DNA of 64,000 nucleotides, from positions 224,001-288,000 of the forward strand of contig JBFXJJ010000001.1 of assembly GCA_050175015.1 (NCBI GenBank), given 5' to 3'. Positions 1 to 9,645 of this stretch are shown in pieces (the first letter of the stretch is position 1; every line of letters starts with the position of its first letter). The position numbers and the translations under genes were made by a program. The notes under the pieces are model-generated. The model had not been told where the DNA came from and ran no database searches. It was given only the letters and a program-made list of their open reading frames with translations. This DNA comes from Alphaproteobacteria bacterium (lineage in GTDB: Bacteria > Pseudomonadota > Alphaproteobacteria > JBFXJJ01).

Positions 1-2
1 CC

Positions 3-1595
3 ATTGCGATTGCTAACATTCAGCCGAGTCCTTTTCAGCCTCGCCGCAATTTTAATGAAGATAATATTGCCGATTTAGCCGAATCAATTAGAGAAAAAGG
101 TATTTTGCAGCCTTTAATCGTTAGAAAATCTGGTGTTGAAAATGTTTATGAAATTATTGCTGGCGAGCGTCGTTTTAGAGCCTCCAAAATAGTTGGATTA
201 GAAGAACTTCCAGTAATTATTAAAGATCTTTCCGATAAAGAAGTTCTAGAAGTTGCTTTAGTTGAAAACCTTCAAAGACAGGATCTATCGCCGTTAGAGG
301 AAGCTGAAGGCTATCAAAAGTTAATTAATGAATTTGGTCACACACAAGAGGCTTTGGCTAAAGTTGTAGGCAAAAGCCGTTCTCATGTTGCTAATACTTT
401 AAGACTATTAAATTTACCTGAAGAAGTTAAAAAAATGCTTCAGAGCGGCGAACTTTCTTCTGGTCATGCTAGGGCACTTCTTAATTCTGAGAATATGTTA
501 GAGCTGGCACAAGAAGTTATTAAAAAAGGTTTAAACGTAAGGCAGACTGAGAGTTTAGTTAAACAGCCTTCTGCTAAAGATGCGGTCACTAAACCTAAAG
601 CCGTAGTTAAAGAAAAAGATTCTGATATTTTAGCCTTGGAGAAAGAGCTTTCAAAACTTATGGGTTTGAAGGTTTTTATTAGATCTCAAGGTCGAGGCGG
701 CGAAATTGCGATTAAATATGGAAGCTTAGAGGAACTAGATGACATTCTCTTTAAGCTTGGAAAAATGGCAAAAAATTCTGATATGGATAATTCTGAGCTA
801 GTTGAAGATTTAACAGAAGCAGAAGTCGCACCAGAAATTTACGATGAAACAGCCACAGCTAGTATTGTTGATGATTTTGCTGAAACGATTGAAGAGGCGG
901 AATTGAGCGAGCAGGAAGTTTTTGAAGAAACGGCTGTTCCAGAAGAAGAAAATTTGATTTCTTCTGAAATTGATGAGGATCTTGTAAATCCTGTTGATGA
1001 TAGTGAAACCGCTATAGAAGAGGCTTATAATATTGAAATTGAAGAACAAGCTGATTTGGTAGATTCTGTTGAAAACACAGACGTTGTTATGGAAGATACT
1101 TCTGAAGTAGTAGGTGAATTTATAGAAGAATTTGATGTCGCAGGTGAAGCTCAAGAAGAATATATGGAAACGGAAGAAAATGCTGTTTCAGAAAATATTG
1201 AAGCTGAGGTCGAAGAATTTTTAAGTGATATGGCGGGTGCAGCTGAAGACGATATTGTTACCGAGGTTTTAGCGAACGATGCTGATTCTGAAGAAGATGC
1301 TGTAGTGGAAATAGATGATGGGGTGCAAATTGAAGAAGCTACTGGGGAGGAACCAGTCTTTGAAGAGCAAAATGAAGCTTTAAACCCTGAGGAAGAAGCA
1401 GTAATAACCCCAGAAAGTGAGACCGAGGAAGATTGGGCTGTTGGTCTTGATACGGTCATCGGCCTTGATGATGAAACCGAGGAAGAGGCTAAAACAGAAG
1501 AAGATGCTATTCCTGATGATGCTTGGGCAAAAGCTCTTAAGTTAGATGGCGAAGATGAGATTATAGAAGAAGCGGCTCCAGAAAATAAGGCTTAA
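3..1595 (+). CDS. parB: ParB/Spo0J chromosome partitioning protein with long acidic C-terminal extension (5' end lies upstream of the window)
   Basis: Frame is open from nt 3 (IAIANIQPSPFQPRRNF...GILQPLIVR). Has the GERRFRA CTP-binding motif, ENLQRQDL and HTH (TQEALAKVVGKSRSHVANTLRLL). Converges on holA-lptE-leuS as in other alphaproteobacteria. Confidence 0.95.
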   Translation: MAIANIQPSPFQPRRNFNEDNIADLAESIREKGILQPLIVRKSGVENVYEIIAGERRFRASKIVGLEELPVIIKDLSDKEVLEVALVENLQRQDLSPLEEAEGYQKLINEFGHTQEALAKVVGKSRSHVANTLRLLNLPEEVKKMLQSGELSSGHARALLNSENMLELAQEVIKKGLNVRQTESLVKQPSAKDAVTKPKAVVKEKDSDILALEKELSKLMGLKVFIRSQGRGGEIAIKYGSLEELDDILFKLGKMAKNSDMDNSELVEDLTEAEVAPEIYDETATASIVDDFAETIEEAELSEQEVFEETAVPEEENLISSEIDEDLVNPVDDSETAIEEAYNIEIEEQADLVDSVENTDVVMEDTSEVVGEFIEEFDVAGEAQEEYMETEENAVSENIEAEVEEFLSDMAGAAEDDIVTEVLANDADSEEDAVVEIDDGVQIEEATGEEPVFEEQNEALNPEEEAVITPESETEEDWAVGLDTVIGLDDETEEEAKTEEDAIPDDAWAKALKLDGEDEIIEEAAPENKA

Positions 1596-1610
1596 ACCCT
1601 CTTTTATATA

Positions 1611-1675
1611 AAAAGTTTTACTTTTGCTTTTATTAAAAGCAAGGCTGTCGGCAGACACGTGCCGTTAGGCAAAAA
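1611..1675 (+). repeat. Intergenic palindromic repeat, module A
   Basis: aaaagttttacttttgcttttattaaaagcaaggctgtcggcagacacgtgccgttaggcaaaa, near-identical to 8454-8517; reverse-complement copies at 9419-9478 and 19599-19663. Confidence 0.85.
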
Positions 1676-1713
1676 TATAAATTTTAATAACGATGGTTAT
1701 ATTGCTTCGAATA

Positions 1714-1740
1714 TTAAGGATTTTTTCAAAAAATCCTTAA
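1714..1740. repeat. Intergenic palindromic repeat, module B
   Basis: ttaaggattttttcaaaaaatccttaa hairpin; also at 8405-8431, with variants at 9367-9388 and 19728-19754. Confidence 0.8.
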
Positions 1741-1789
1741 CAATCCTTAAACTTTATTTATAAGAAAAATTATCTGTATTAAAGATACT

Positions 1790-2833
1790 TTAAAATCTAA
1801 TTCGTTTTTTCATAATTTCGTAACCAGCGCCAGTTATTTGAGCAAGATATTTGGCGCATATGATTTCCTGAGGATACGCTGTCGTTTTAACGCCGATTTC
1901 AGCCGCCAGCAATAGGGATAAAGCTTTTGAGGCAGTTGTGGGCGACCAATGCTCAATAATCTTCTGGAAAGCTGGCGCACGTTTAAACATAATAGCTGGC
2001 TTTAAGGTCTTCATAGCACTGTCTGAACTCATTCCCTGAGCGACTTTATCGCAAGTTAGATAGATTTTCTGAAAAAAAGAAGAGGTTATTCGAATAATTG
2101 AAACGGGGTTATTCCCTTCCGCAAAAAGATTTTCTAAAATTCTCTGAACTGCTTCATGTTTTCCTTCCGCAATGGCATAGCATAAATCTTCGTTTGTTAA
2201 ATCAGCAGAATCACCAATACAATTTTTGACTTCATTAATTGTAATTTCTTTTTTATCACCCATATAGAGGCATAATTTTTCAATTTCAGAATGAATAGTC
2301 TTACGATCTGATCCTAAATGTGAAGCTGTAAAAGAAAGGGCATCACTGCTTATAGAATGACCATTTTTAGTAATGATATTTTGAATAATATTAGCAATAT
2401 CACTAATATCGTCATTATAACACGGTATTGCTGCCATATTACTATGGGTTTCAAAAGTTTTGCGCAAAGATGACTGTGGTTTTAATTCACCAGCCGATAA
2501 AACAATAAAATTCTGATTATTAAGATCAAAAACTAAGTCTTTGAAAATACTAGTTATGTTATTAGAGGCGTTTTTTATCCTTATAATTTTGCGGCCGCCA
2601 GTAAAAGGCATAGCCGAGAACTCTGACAATAACAAAGATTTATCATTGTCTATATTATCAGATGAAAGATTAACGACTCTAAAAGGATCATCGATATCGT
2701 TTACAATAAGAGAAGATATTTTATCAAATCGTTCTGATATTAAGCCTTCATTAGGTCCATAGATAAGGATAGCTTTAATGTCACCAGAAGGATTTTTTAA
2801 AAAGTTTTCATATTGAATGTTTTTAAAAATCAT
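1790..2833 (-). CDS. holA: DNA polymerase III delta subunit
   Basis: ILIYGPNEGL, SSLRKTFE, AIPCY and EIEKLCLY motifs; canonical leuS-lptE-holA order. Confidence 0.92.
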   Translation of the reverse strand: MIFKNIQYENFLKNPSGDIKAILIYGPNEGLISERFDKISSLIVNDIDDPFRVVNLSSDNIDNDKSLLLSEFSAMPFTGGRKIIRIKNASNNITSIFKDLVFDLNNQNFIVLSAGELKPQSSLRKTFETHSNMAAIPCYNDDISDIANIIQNIITKNGHSISSDALSFTASHLGSDRKTIHSEIEKLCLYMGDKKEITINEVKNCIGDSADLTNEDLCYAIAEGKHEAVQRILENLFAEGNNPVSIIRITSSFFQKIYLTCDKVAQGMSSDSAMKTLKPAIMFKRAPAFQKIIEHWSPTTASKALSLLLAAEIGVKTTAYPQEIICAKYLAQITGAGYEIMKKRIRF

Positions 2834-3335
2834 TATTTTGCTTTTGACTTAAATGTTCAAAATAAACGCTTAATCTAAGGGCAATATCATCAGAAAAAAT
2901 GGCTGCGGCTCTTTCAATAGCATCATTTTTAGAAACTACAGTACCATAAGGCTTAGTTAAAATACTGTAACTAGTCTGAGCGCTGGATTTATCTTGCAGC
3001 ACAATTTCATCACCTTTAAAAAGCTGATACTCGGCTTTATATAATAAAGCTTCACGGCTTGCTTTATTGCTAAGACTAGTTTGAGATTTAATTATAGGTT
3101 CTTCAATTTTTACCGAAAGTTTATAAACGGGATTATAAGGAATACCATAAGTATTGATGCGGTCTTTTAGGTTATTGGTAATTATCTGACCGATTCTTCC
3201 TTCAATAGGAAGAATATATACTTGAGATAAATATTGTTTAATGCCCATGGATTCCTTTTGATAATATAAAGGTTTAAAACCACAGGCACTAAGCAATAAT
3301 ATATTGATAAAAAACAGTTTTTTAAATAACGACAT
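2823..3335 (-). CDS. lptE: LPS assembly lipoprotein LptE
   Basis: Lipobox [11 protein letters not shown]; located between leuS and holA. Confidence 0.85.
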   Translation of the reverse strand: MSLFKKLFFINILLLSACGFKPLYYQKESMGIKQYLSQVYILPIEGRIGQIITNNLKDRINTYGIPYNPVYKLSVKIEEPIIKSQTSLSNKASREALLYKAEYQLFKGDEIVLQDKSSAQTSYSILTKPYGTVVSKNDAIERAAAIFSDDIALRLSVYFEHLSQKQNNDF

Positions 3336-5934
3336 TTATAATCCGATTAGGAACGACAATAATTTTTCTAATAGTTTTTCCTTCAATCTGAGCCTGAACC
3401 GTAGGCAGAGATAAAGCAAGCTCTTTCATTTTATCTTCAGGCAGATCTTTAGGAATTTCGATTGTGCCACGCAATTTACCTAAAACCTGTACTGCTATTA
3501 CGACGTTATTATCTTCCAGATATTTAGCTTCAGCTTTAGCCCAAGGGTGTAAAATTAATAAACCATCGTAGCCTAAGATATTCCAAACTTCTTCAGCAAT
3601 ATGAGGAGCCATAGGAGCAACTAGTTGAATAGAAGTTTTTAAAACGAATCTATAGAGCCAGCCTGCACCCTTATCCTTCGTATCAATATTGCTTATGGCA
3701 TTTGTTAACTCACGGATTCTAGCAATAGCATTGTTAAAACGTAATTTTTCTAAATCTTCTGTAACAGAAGCTATGGTTTTATGTGCTTGTCTTAAAATTT
3801 TATCATTAGTCTCAGAAAAACTTTGTGGCATAGCCTCATTTTTATCAGCCATAGGAATGCTAGGGTATTTAGCTAAACGCCACAAGCGGTTGACATATCT
3901 CCACGCGCCATCAATTCCAGCTTCAGTCCATTCCAAATCACGTTCAGGAGGACTGTCAGAGAGCATAAATAAACGGGCAGCATCAGCGCCATAGTTTTTG
4001 ATAATAGCATCAGGATCAACTGTGTTAAGCTTAGACTTGCTCATTTTTTCTGAACGACCAACGGTAACGGGCTTATTATCTTTTTTACTAATAACAGTGC
4101 CGTCAGCTAGTTTTTCAACGTTGCCAGGAGCCAGCCAGTCGCCGTCAGAACCTTTATAGGTTTCGTGGCAAATCATACCTTGTGTAAACAAGCTTTCAAA
4201 TGGTTCTTTAAGATGAATATAACCGCAATCACGCATAGCTCTAGTAAAGAAGCGGGCATAAAGCAAATGCATTACAGCGTGTTCGATGCCTCCGATATAT
4301 TGATCTACGGGCAGCCAGTATTTAGCATCTTCTTTTGAGAAAGGAGCATCAACCGATTTAGGAGAACAGAATCTGGCAAAATACCAAGACGATTCGAAGA
4401 AAGTATCAAAAGTATCTGTTTCACGAACAGCTTCTTTTCCGCAAATAGGGCATTTTACATATTTCCAAGTAGGGTGATTTTCTAAAGGATTTCCTGGTTT
4501 ATCGAATCTAACATCGATTGGCAGTTCAACAGGAAGATCTTTCTTAGGCACAGGAACCATACCGCAAGCATCACATTTAATAATAGGGATTGGACAGCCC
4601 CAGTATCTCTGACGTGAAACGCCCCAGTCTCTTAAACGGTATTGAATTTTTTCTTCACCCAAACCTTTGGATTTCAATTTTGTCGTTGCGGTCTTAATTG
4701 CAGCGGCAACATCAAGTCCATTAAGAAAATCAGAGTTAACCGCTAGTCCATCTTCGGTATATGCGGTTTGAGATTCGTTTTGTTTTTGAATAAATTCTGC
4801 TGTATCTACGCCTTTAGGAGCGACAACAGTGCGTACGGGTAAGTTGTATTTTCTGGCAAAGTCCATATCTCTTTGATCGTGGGCAGGACAAGCAAAAATT
4901 GCTCCCGTGCCATATTCCATTAAAACAAAGTTGGCAATATAAATAGGAAGTTCAGGATTACCGCCAAGAGCTTTAAACTCTTCAGCAAAGGGGTGAATTG
5001 CTTTAAATCCCGTATCAAAACCAAGTTTTTCCGCAGATTCAATATTAGCTTCGCTGGTACCTAAAGCCTCACACTTTTTAATAAAGGCTTTAACTTCAGG
5101 ATTCTTCTCAGCTAATTCTAAAGCAAGCGGATGGCCAGCAGAGATGGCTAAAAAAGAAGCACCAAATAAAGTATCTGGTCTGGTTGTAAAAATTTCTATT
5201 TTATCACTGCGGTCTTTTACTGGAAAATAAACCGTAGCGCCAAAGGATTTTCCAATCCAGTTATGCTGCATAATGCGGACTTTTTCAGGCCATTTTTCTA
5301 ATTCTTTTAAAGACTCGAGCAAATCATCTGCATATGCGGTTGTTTTTAAGAACCACTGCGATAATTTTTTGCGCTCAACTTCAACCCCAGAACGCCAGCC
5401 TTTGCCATCAACAACCTGTTCATTAGCTAAAACAGTATTTTCTACAGGATCCCAGTTGACCCATGATTCTTTTTTGTAGGCGAGCCCTTTGTTATAAAAA
5501 TCAATGAACATAGCCTGTTCGTGCTTGTAATACTCAACTTCAGAGGTTGAAACATCTCGGTTCCAATCAATCGAAAAGCCTAAAGGCTTTAACTGAGAAC
5601 GCATAACTTTAATGTTTTCTCTAGTCCAAGTTTGAGGGTGAGCATTATTTTTTATAGCAGCATTTTCAGCAGGTAAACCAAAAGAATCCCAGCCCATAGG
5701 GTGAAGAACATTAAAGCCGTTAGAAATTTTAAAACGAGCACAAACGTCGCCTAAAGTGTAATTACGAACATGCCCCATATGGATTCGCCCAGATGGATAA
5801 GGAAACATTTCTAAAACATAGCATTTGGGTTTTTCTTTGCTTTCACTGGCAACAAAGCAATTACTTTCTTGCCATTTTTCTTGCCATTTTGTTTCAGTTT
5901 CCCGATGATTATAGCGTTCTTCGTAAGTATTCAT
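3322..5934 (-). CDS. leuS: Leucine--tRNA ligase
   Basis: [14 protein letters not shown] (HIGH-type), [12 protein letters not shown] and KMSKS motifs; 870 aa. Confidence 0.98.
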   Translation of the reverse strand: MNTYEERYNHRETETKWQEKWQESNCFVASESKEKPKCYVLEMFPYPSGRIHMGHVRNYTLGDVCARFKISNGFNVLHPMGWDSFGLPAENAAIKNNAHPQTWTRENIKVMRSQLKPLGFSIDWNRDVSTSEVEYYKHEQAMFIDFYNKGLAYKKESWVNWDPVENTVLANEQVVDGKGWRSGVEVERKKLSQWFLKTTAYADDLLESLKELEKWPEKVRIMQHNWIGKSFGATVYFPVKDRSDKIEIFTTRPDTLFGASFLAISAGHPLALELAEKNPEVKAFIKKCEALGTSEANIESAEKLGFDTGFKAIHPFAEEFKALGGNPELPIYIANFVLMEYGTGAIFACPAHDQRDMDFARKYNLPVRTVVAPKGVDTAEFIQKQNESQTAYTEDGLAVNSDFLNGLDVAAAIKTATTKLKSKGLGEEKIQYRLRDWGVSRQRYWGCPIPIIKCDACGMVPVPKKDLPVELPIDVRFDKPGNPLENHPTWKYVKCPICGKEAVRETDTFDTFFESSWYFARFCSPKSVDAPFSKEDAKYWLPVDQYIGGIEHAVMHLLYARFFTRAMRDCGYIHLKEPFESLFTQGMICHETYKGSDGDWLAPGNVEKLADGTVISKKDNKPVTVGRSEKMSKSKLNTVDPDAIIKNYGADAARLFMLSDSPPERDLEWTEAGIDGAWRYVNRLWRLAKYPSIPMADKNEAMPQSFSETNDKILRQAHKTIASVTEDLEKLRFNNAIARIRELTNAISNIDTKDKGAGWLYRFVLKTSIQLVAPMAPHIAEEVWNILGYDGLLILHPWAKAEAKYLEDNNVVIAVQVLGKLRGTIEIPKDLPEDKMKELALSLPTVQAQIEGKTIRKIIVVPNRIINVVI

Positions 5935-5963
5935 AGATTTTCTCTTTAAAATTTAAATTAAAG

Positions 5964-6506
5964 TTATTTTTTATTGTTAGCAGCGATTCTTAATTGTCTA
6001 GCCCTAGTTAGAATAGCGTTTTCTAAGTCTGGTGCAGTATTAGAATTAACCTTGGCATCAACCCATTCGCCTTTTTCATTTTTTTCTTGGCGGAAAGCTG
6101 AAATTTTAATTCCATCAGAACGTAAAGAACGGTCAAGAATATAAGCCGTTACTTTAAAACGTTCATACGGAGTCTCTGGGGGGGCATACCATTCAGTAAT
6201 GATAACGCCGCCAAAAGGATCAGCCGAAGACAAAGGCATAAAAGCTAAAGTATCAAGAGTTGCCCGCCACAAAAAGCTGTTAACGCCGATTCCTGTTGAT
6301 GATGCTGAATTTTCTTCTCTATCACCAAATAAATTCATACCGCCCTTACCAAAAATGGTTTCTCTTTCTTCCGGAGGGGGAGCCCCCATTTTATATTTGC
6401 CCATCACTTTTTCAGGGTATTTGTATTCGACGTTTGAAGGTGCCGAACAGGCAGCTAAGGCTGCAAATAAGCTGATAGTACATAAATATCTCAAATTGTT
6501 AGTCAT
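5964..6506 (-). CDS. DUF3576-family lipoprotein
   Basis: Lipobox ALAAC; GVNSFLWRATLDTLAFMPLSSADPFGGVIITEWY...LENAILTRARQLRI; usual position upstream of leuS. Confidence 0.85.
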   Translation of the reverse strand: MTNNLRYLCTISLFAALAACSAPSNVEYKYPEKVMGKYKMGAPPPEERETIFGKGGMNLFGDREENSASSTGIGVNSFLWRATLDTLAFMPLSSADPFGGVIITEWYAPPETPYERFKVTAYILDRSLRSDGIKISAFRQEKNEKGEWVDAKVNSNTAPDLENAILTRARQLRIAANNKK

Positions 6507-6897
6507 ATATTTTACCCAAAGATTGATTTTGAACTGAAACTATTTAAAGCAAAAAAGGATGGTAATTTCAATCAAAAACAACCAATTAGAATATTATTGT
6601 TTTAATATTAAGTATAATATATGGCTTATTAATGTGTTTTTTAGAACACAGTCAGGTGTTTAGAGCCAGTTTATATTGATTGTTTATTCACGGTTATCAT
6701 ATTGATTTACAATGATTTTATTTTATTTTAGCGCCGTTTGTGTGACTTTTTTGCAACAGGTGTGATTATAAAACACAAAAATTTATTCAAATGCTTGACG
6801 ATTTAACTTTTTAATGGCTATTTTAGAACTTGTGATGCGGGTGAAAACCCGAAAGCTTTATAAAAACCTTAAATTAAACAAAGGAATGAGGATACAG

Positions 6898-8091
6898 ATG
6901 AAAAAAATTCTTTATGGAACAACAGCTCTTCTCGCAGCTGGTATGATCTCAACCGCTGCTAACGCTGCTGAACCACTCAAACTTCAACTCGGTGGATATA
7001 TGAACTGGTATGTAGCTGCTGCTGAAAATGATGACGGCTACAGAAAAGCATTATCAAACAATGTTGCAGGCGACGGTGATTTCAACCAATTCGACGTAAT
7101 GGGCGACAGCGAAGTATACTTCACTGGTTCAACCCTTCTTGACAATGGTATGAAAGTTAGCGCACACATCGAACTCGAAACCGGAACCGCAAACAACGGT
7201 ACCCGTGCAGCTGACGAAACCTATTTAACAGTTGACAGTGCTTACGGTCGCGTAATCGCTGGTGCAACCAGAAATGTTGCTTCTAAAATGCATGTTTCAG
7301 CTCCAGAAGTTGGCGTTCTCGACGTTGAAGAATCAGATGTTGTTGATTTAGTTACAGCACCTGGTAACATCACAGCTTTAGACGCAACTTGGCTTAACAC
7401 AGACGGCAAATTAAACAAAATTTCTTATGTTTCTCCAACTTATTATGGCGTAACATTAGGTGCAACTTGGACCCCAGGTGCTGATGACACAACCCGCGGT
7501 ACAAACCTTTCAGAAAATTCAATGTTACAAGACGGTACCTTCAAAGAAGGTTATGCATTAAACGCAATGTATGCTGGCAGCTTTGTTGGCGTTGACGTAA
7601 CCACAACAGCAGCTTTTGGTTCTTACAACGTTGGTGGTAAGAGCGCACAAGACGAATACAGCTTAGGCTTAAATGTTGCTTATGCTGGTTTCACTCTCGG
7701 TGGTGGCTATCGTGAAGTTTCTGACAACAACGATGCAACCGGTTGGAATGGTGCAAACCGTGCTGTTGGTACAACCAGTGTTGACGGTTATGCTTGGAAC
7801 GTTGGCGGCAGCTACGAAGCTGGTCCTTACGGTGTAAGCTTAAACTACTTCAAATCAGAAGTTGAAGGCGATCGTGCAGCTTCAGCAGCAGATTTAGCTA
7901 ATGCTGGCCAAGACGAATTCGAAGCTTATATGCTTTCTGGTAAATACAACCTCGGTGCAGGCGTAGACAGCTTTGCTACAATCGCTCGCGTTGAATACAC
8001 AGATGAAGACAACACCGTTACCGGTGCTGCAAAAGACATCTTAAACAACGAAGGTTGGGCATTTGCAACAGGTATCGCTCTTTCTTTCTAA
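6898..8091 (+). CDS. Major outer-membrane porin (alphaproteobacterial type)
   Basis: Signal peptide MKKILYGTTALLAAG...ANA, alternating beta-strand pattern, C-terminal Phe and strongly biased codons. The ATG at 6898 follows GAGG, so it is preferred over the ORF-track start at 6814. Confidence 0.9.
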   Translation: MKKILYGTTALLAAGMISTAANAAEPLKLQLGGYMNWYVAAAENDDGYRKALSNNVAGDGDFNQFDVMGDSEVYFTGSTLLDNGMKVSAHIELETGTANNGTRAADETYLTVDSAYGRVIAGATRNVASKMHVSAPEVGVLDVEESDVVDLVTAPGNITALDATWLNTDGKLNKISYVSPTYYGVTLGATWTPGADDTTRGTNLSENSMLQDGTFKEGYALNAMYAGSFVGVDVTTTAAFGSYNVGGKSAQDEYSLGLNVAYAGFTLGGGYREVSDNNDATGWNGANRAVGTTSVDGYAWNVGGSYEAGPYGVSLNYFKSEVEGDRAASAADLANAGQDEFEAYMLSGKYNLGAGVDSFATIARVEYTDEDNTVTGAAKDILNNEGWAFATGIALSF

Positions 8092-8120
8092 TTTGAAATT
8101 AAGACATACTTAAAAATAAG

Positions 8121-8150
8121 AAGAGCGGTCTAATTGACCGCTCTTTTTTT
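8121..8150 (+). terminator. Rho-independent terminator of the porin gene
   Basis: aagagcggtc-taatt-gaccgctctt followed by a T-run. Confidence 0.88.
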
Positions 8151-8220
8151 ATGTAGGCGATAATCATAAAACCAATCTTTGGCTAGGATATTTATTGTAA
8201 ACATAAGTTGTTAGAATTTT

Positions 8221-8382
8221 TTATTCGTCCCTTAAGGGTTGCCATTTAGCGGACACTAGGGCAGTGTCGTGGCTCTTGATAGTATAACACGGATACTTTT
8301 TTCTTGCGAGCCAGTCTATTTGCTGATTGTCTCGTTTGTTGCAAAACATAAACGGCATACAATTAAATGAAATATGCTCTAA
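8221..8382 (+). repeat. Intergenic repeat module C (copy 1), REP/RPE-like palindromic element
   Basis: First 49 nt (ttattcgtcccttaagggttgccatttagcggacactagggcagtgtcg) are identical to 9477-9525; both copies end in tgctctaa. Confidence 0.85.
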
Positions 8383-8400
8383 CTATTTAAAATTGTTTCG

Positions 8401-8517
8401 CAGATTAAGGATTTTTTGAAAAAATCCTTAAAGAACCTTAAAATTATTTTTAAAAAAGTTTTACTTTTGCTTTTGCTAAAAGCAAAGCTGTCGGCAGACA
8501 TTTGCCGTAAGGCAAAA
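8401..8517 (+). repeat. Intergenic repeat modules B+A
   Basis: cagattaaggattttttgaaaaaatccttaa followed by aaaagttttacttttgcttttgctaaaagcaaagctgtcggcagacatttgccgtaaggcaaaa. Confidence 0.85.
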
Positions 8518-8612
8518 TTTACAAAGCAAAAGCAAAATTTTTGTTATATTATAAGTAACGATTTTTAAATCTTATTAAGAAATAGTTGTTTACAAAAATA
8601 AAGAGGATAACA

Positions 8613-9275
8613 GTGACCAAATCTCAAGAAAACTATCAAGAAATAATTCATACAATTAAAACGGCAGCAAGCGAATCGGGAAGAAAACCAACAGATGTTA
8701 CCTTAATTGCTGTAACCAAGACATTTTTAAGAGATGATATTGAACCTGTTTTAACTCTAGGACATAAAATATTTGGAGAAAATAAGGTTCAAGAAGCCTA
8801 TAATAAATGGGTTGAGATTAAAAAAGATTATCCTGATATAAAACTTCATTTAATTGGACCGTTGCAAACCAATAAAACTGCCGAAGCCATAGCTTTGTTT
8901 GATGTTATTGAAACTGTTGATAGGGAGAAATTAGCTCAAAAAATAGCAGAGGAATTGGTTAAAACACCAAAAAATATTGAGCTTATGATTCAAATAAATA
9001 CAGGTGAAGAACCTCAAAAAGCTGGTATTATTCCGCAAGAAGCCGATAATTTTATCGAATATTGTTTAAATGATTTAAAACTTCCGATTAAGGGCTTGAT
9101 GTGTATTCCCCCATTTGAAGATGAGCCATCGCCTCATTTTGCTTTTTTATCTAAAATAGCGAGAAAGCATAATCTATCGCAGTTAAGTATGGGTATGAGT
9201 GGGGATTATAAAATTGCAGTTAAGCAAGGTGCTACTTATGTTAGGGTCGGATCTGCTATTTTTGGGACAAGATAA
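8613..9275 (+). CDS. yggS: YggS/PLPBP pyridoxal-phosphate homeostasis protein
   Basis: LIAVTKT, FGENKVQE, HLIGPLQTNK and SMGMSGD...VRVGSAIFG motifs; GTG at 8613 after GAGG. Confidence 0.93.
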   Translation: MTKSQENYQEIIHTIKTAASESGRKPTDVTLIAVTKTFLRDDIEPVLTLGHKIFGENKVQEAYNKWVEIKKDYPDIKLHLIGPLQTNKTAEAIALFDVIETVDREKLAQKIAEELVKTPKNIELMIQINTGEEPQKAGIIPQEADNFIEYCLNDLKLPIKGLMCIPPFEDEPSPHFAFLSKIARKHNLSQLSMGMSGDYKIAVKQGATYVRVGSAIFGTR

Positions 9276-9291
9276 TTCTAGTTTAATAGCG

Positions 9292-9478
9292 TTTTGCCTT
9301 GCGATAAGATTTGCTGTGTGCGTTACTTTTGTAAAAGTAAAATTAGAACATTTGATAAAAAAGGTTTTAAGGATTTGAAAATCCTTAATCTGCTAAGTAA
9401 ATTAATAATAAACTTTTATTTTGCCTAACGGCAAGTGTCTGCCGAAGACGTTGCTTTTAGCAAAAGTAAAACTTTTTT
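9292..9478 (-). repeat. Intergenic repeat modules A(rc)-B(rc)-A(rc)
   Basis: 9361-9392 is the reverse complement of the 8401-8439 B module. 9419-9478 (ttttgcctaacggcaagtgtctgccgaagacgttgcttttagcaaaagtaaaacttttt) is the reverse complement of module A. 9292-9343 is a diverged A(rc). Confidence 0.78.
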
Positions 9479-9638
9479 ATTCGTCCCTTAAGGGTTGCCA
9501 TTTAGCGGACACTAGGGCAGTGTCGCGGCTCTTGATTATAATATGGATACTCTTCTTGCGAGCCACTCTCTTTGCGGATTGCTTCGCCAAATGAGCAACA
9601 GAACTGGACCCATTTCATATGAATAAACTTTGCTCTAA
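9477..9638 (+). repeat. Intergenic repeat module C (copy 2)
   Basis: 49-nt identity with 8221-8269, continued similarity (ggctcttgat...ggatact...ttcttgcgagcca), ends tgctctaa. Confidence 0.85.
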
Positions 9639-9645
9639 TTATAAC

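Noticed and set aside
810-1459. Antisense ORFs within parB, and the many other short opposite-strand or alternate-frame ORFs in the track
   Set aside because: They overlap well-supported genes and have no motifs or RBS; they are shadows of codon bias.
4609-4621. Partial parS-like sequence (acgtgaaac); similar half-sites at ~4418 and ~32348
   Set aside because: Only half of the GTTTCACGTGAAAC palindrome, and inside coding sequence.
6814-6897. Longer N-terminus for the porin from the ORF track
   Set aside because: The signal peptide and RBS fit the ATG at 6898.
8221-9638. Repeats considered as a CRISPR array
   Set aside because: No regular repeat-spacer periodicity and no cas genes; the copies are dispersed and modular.
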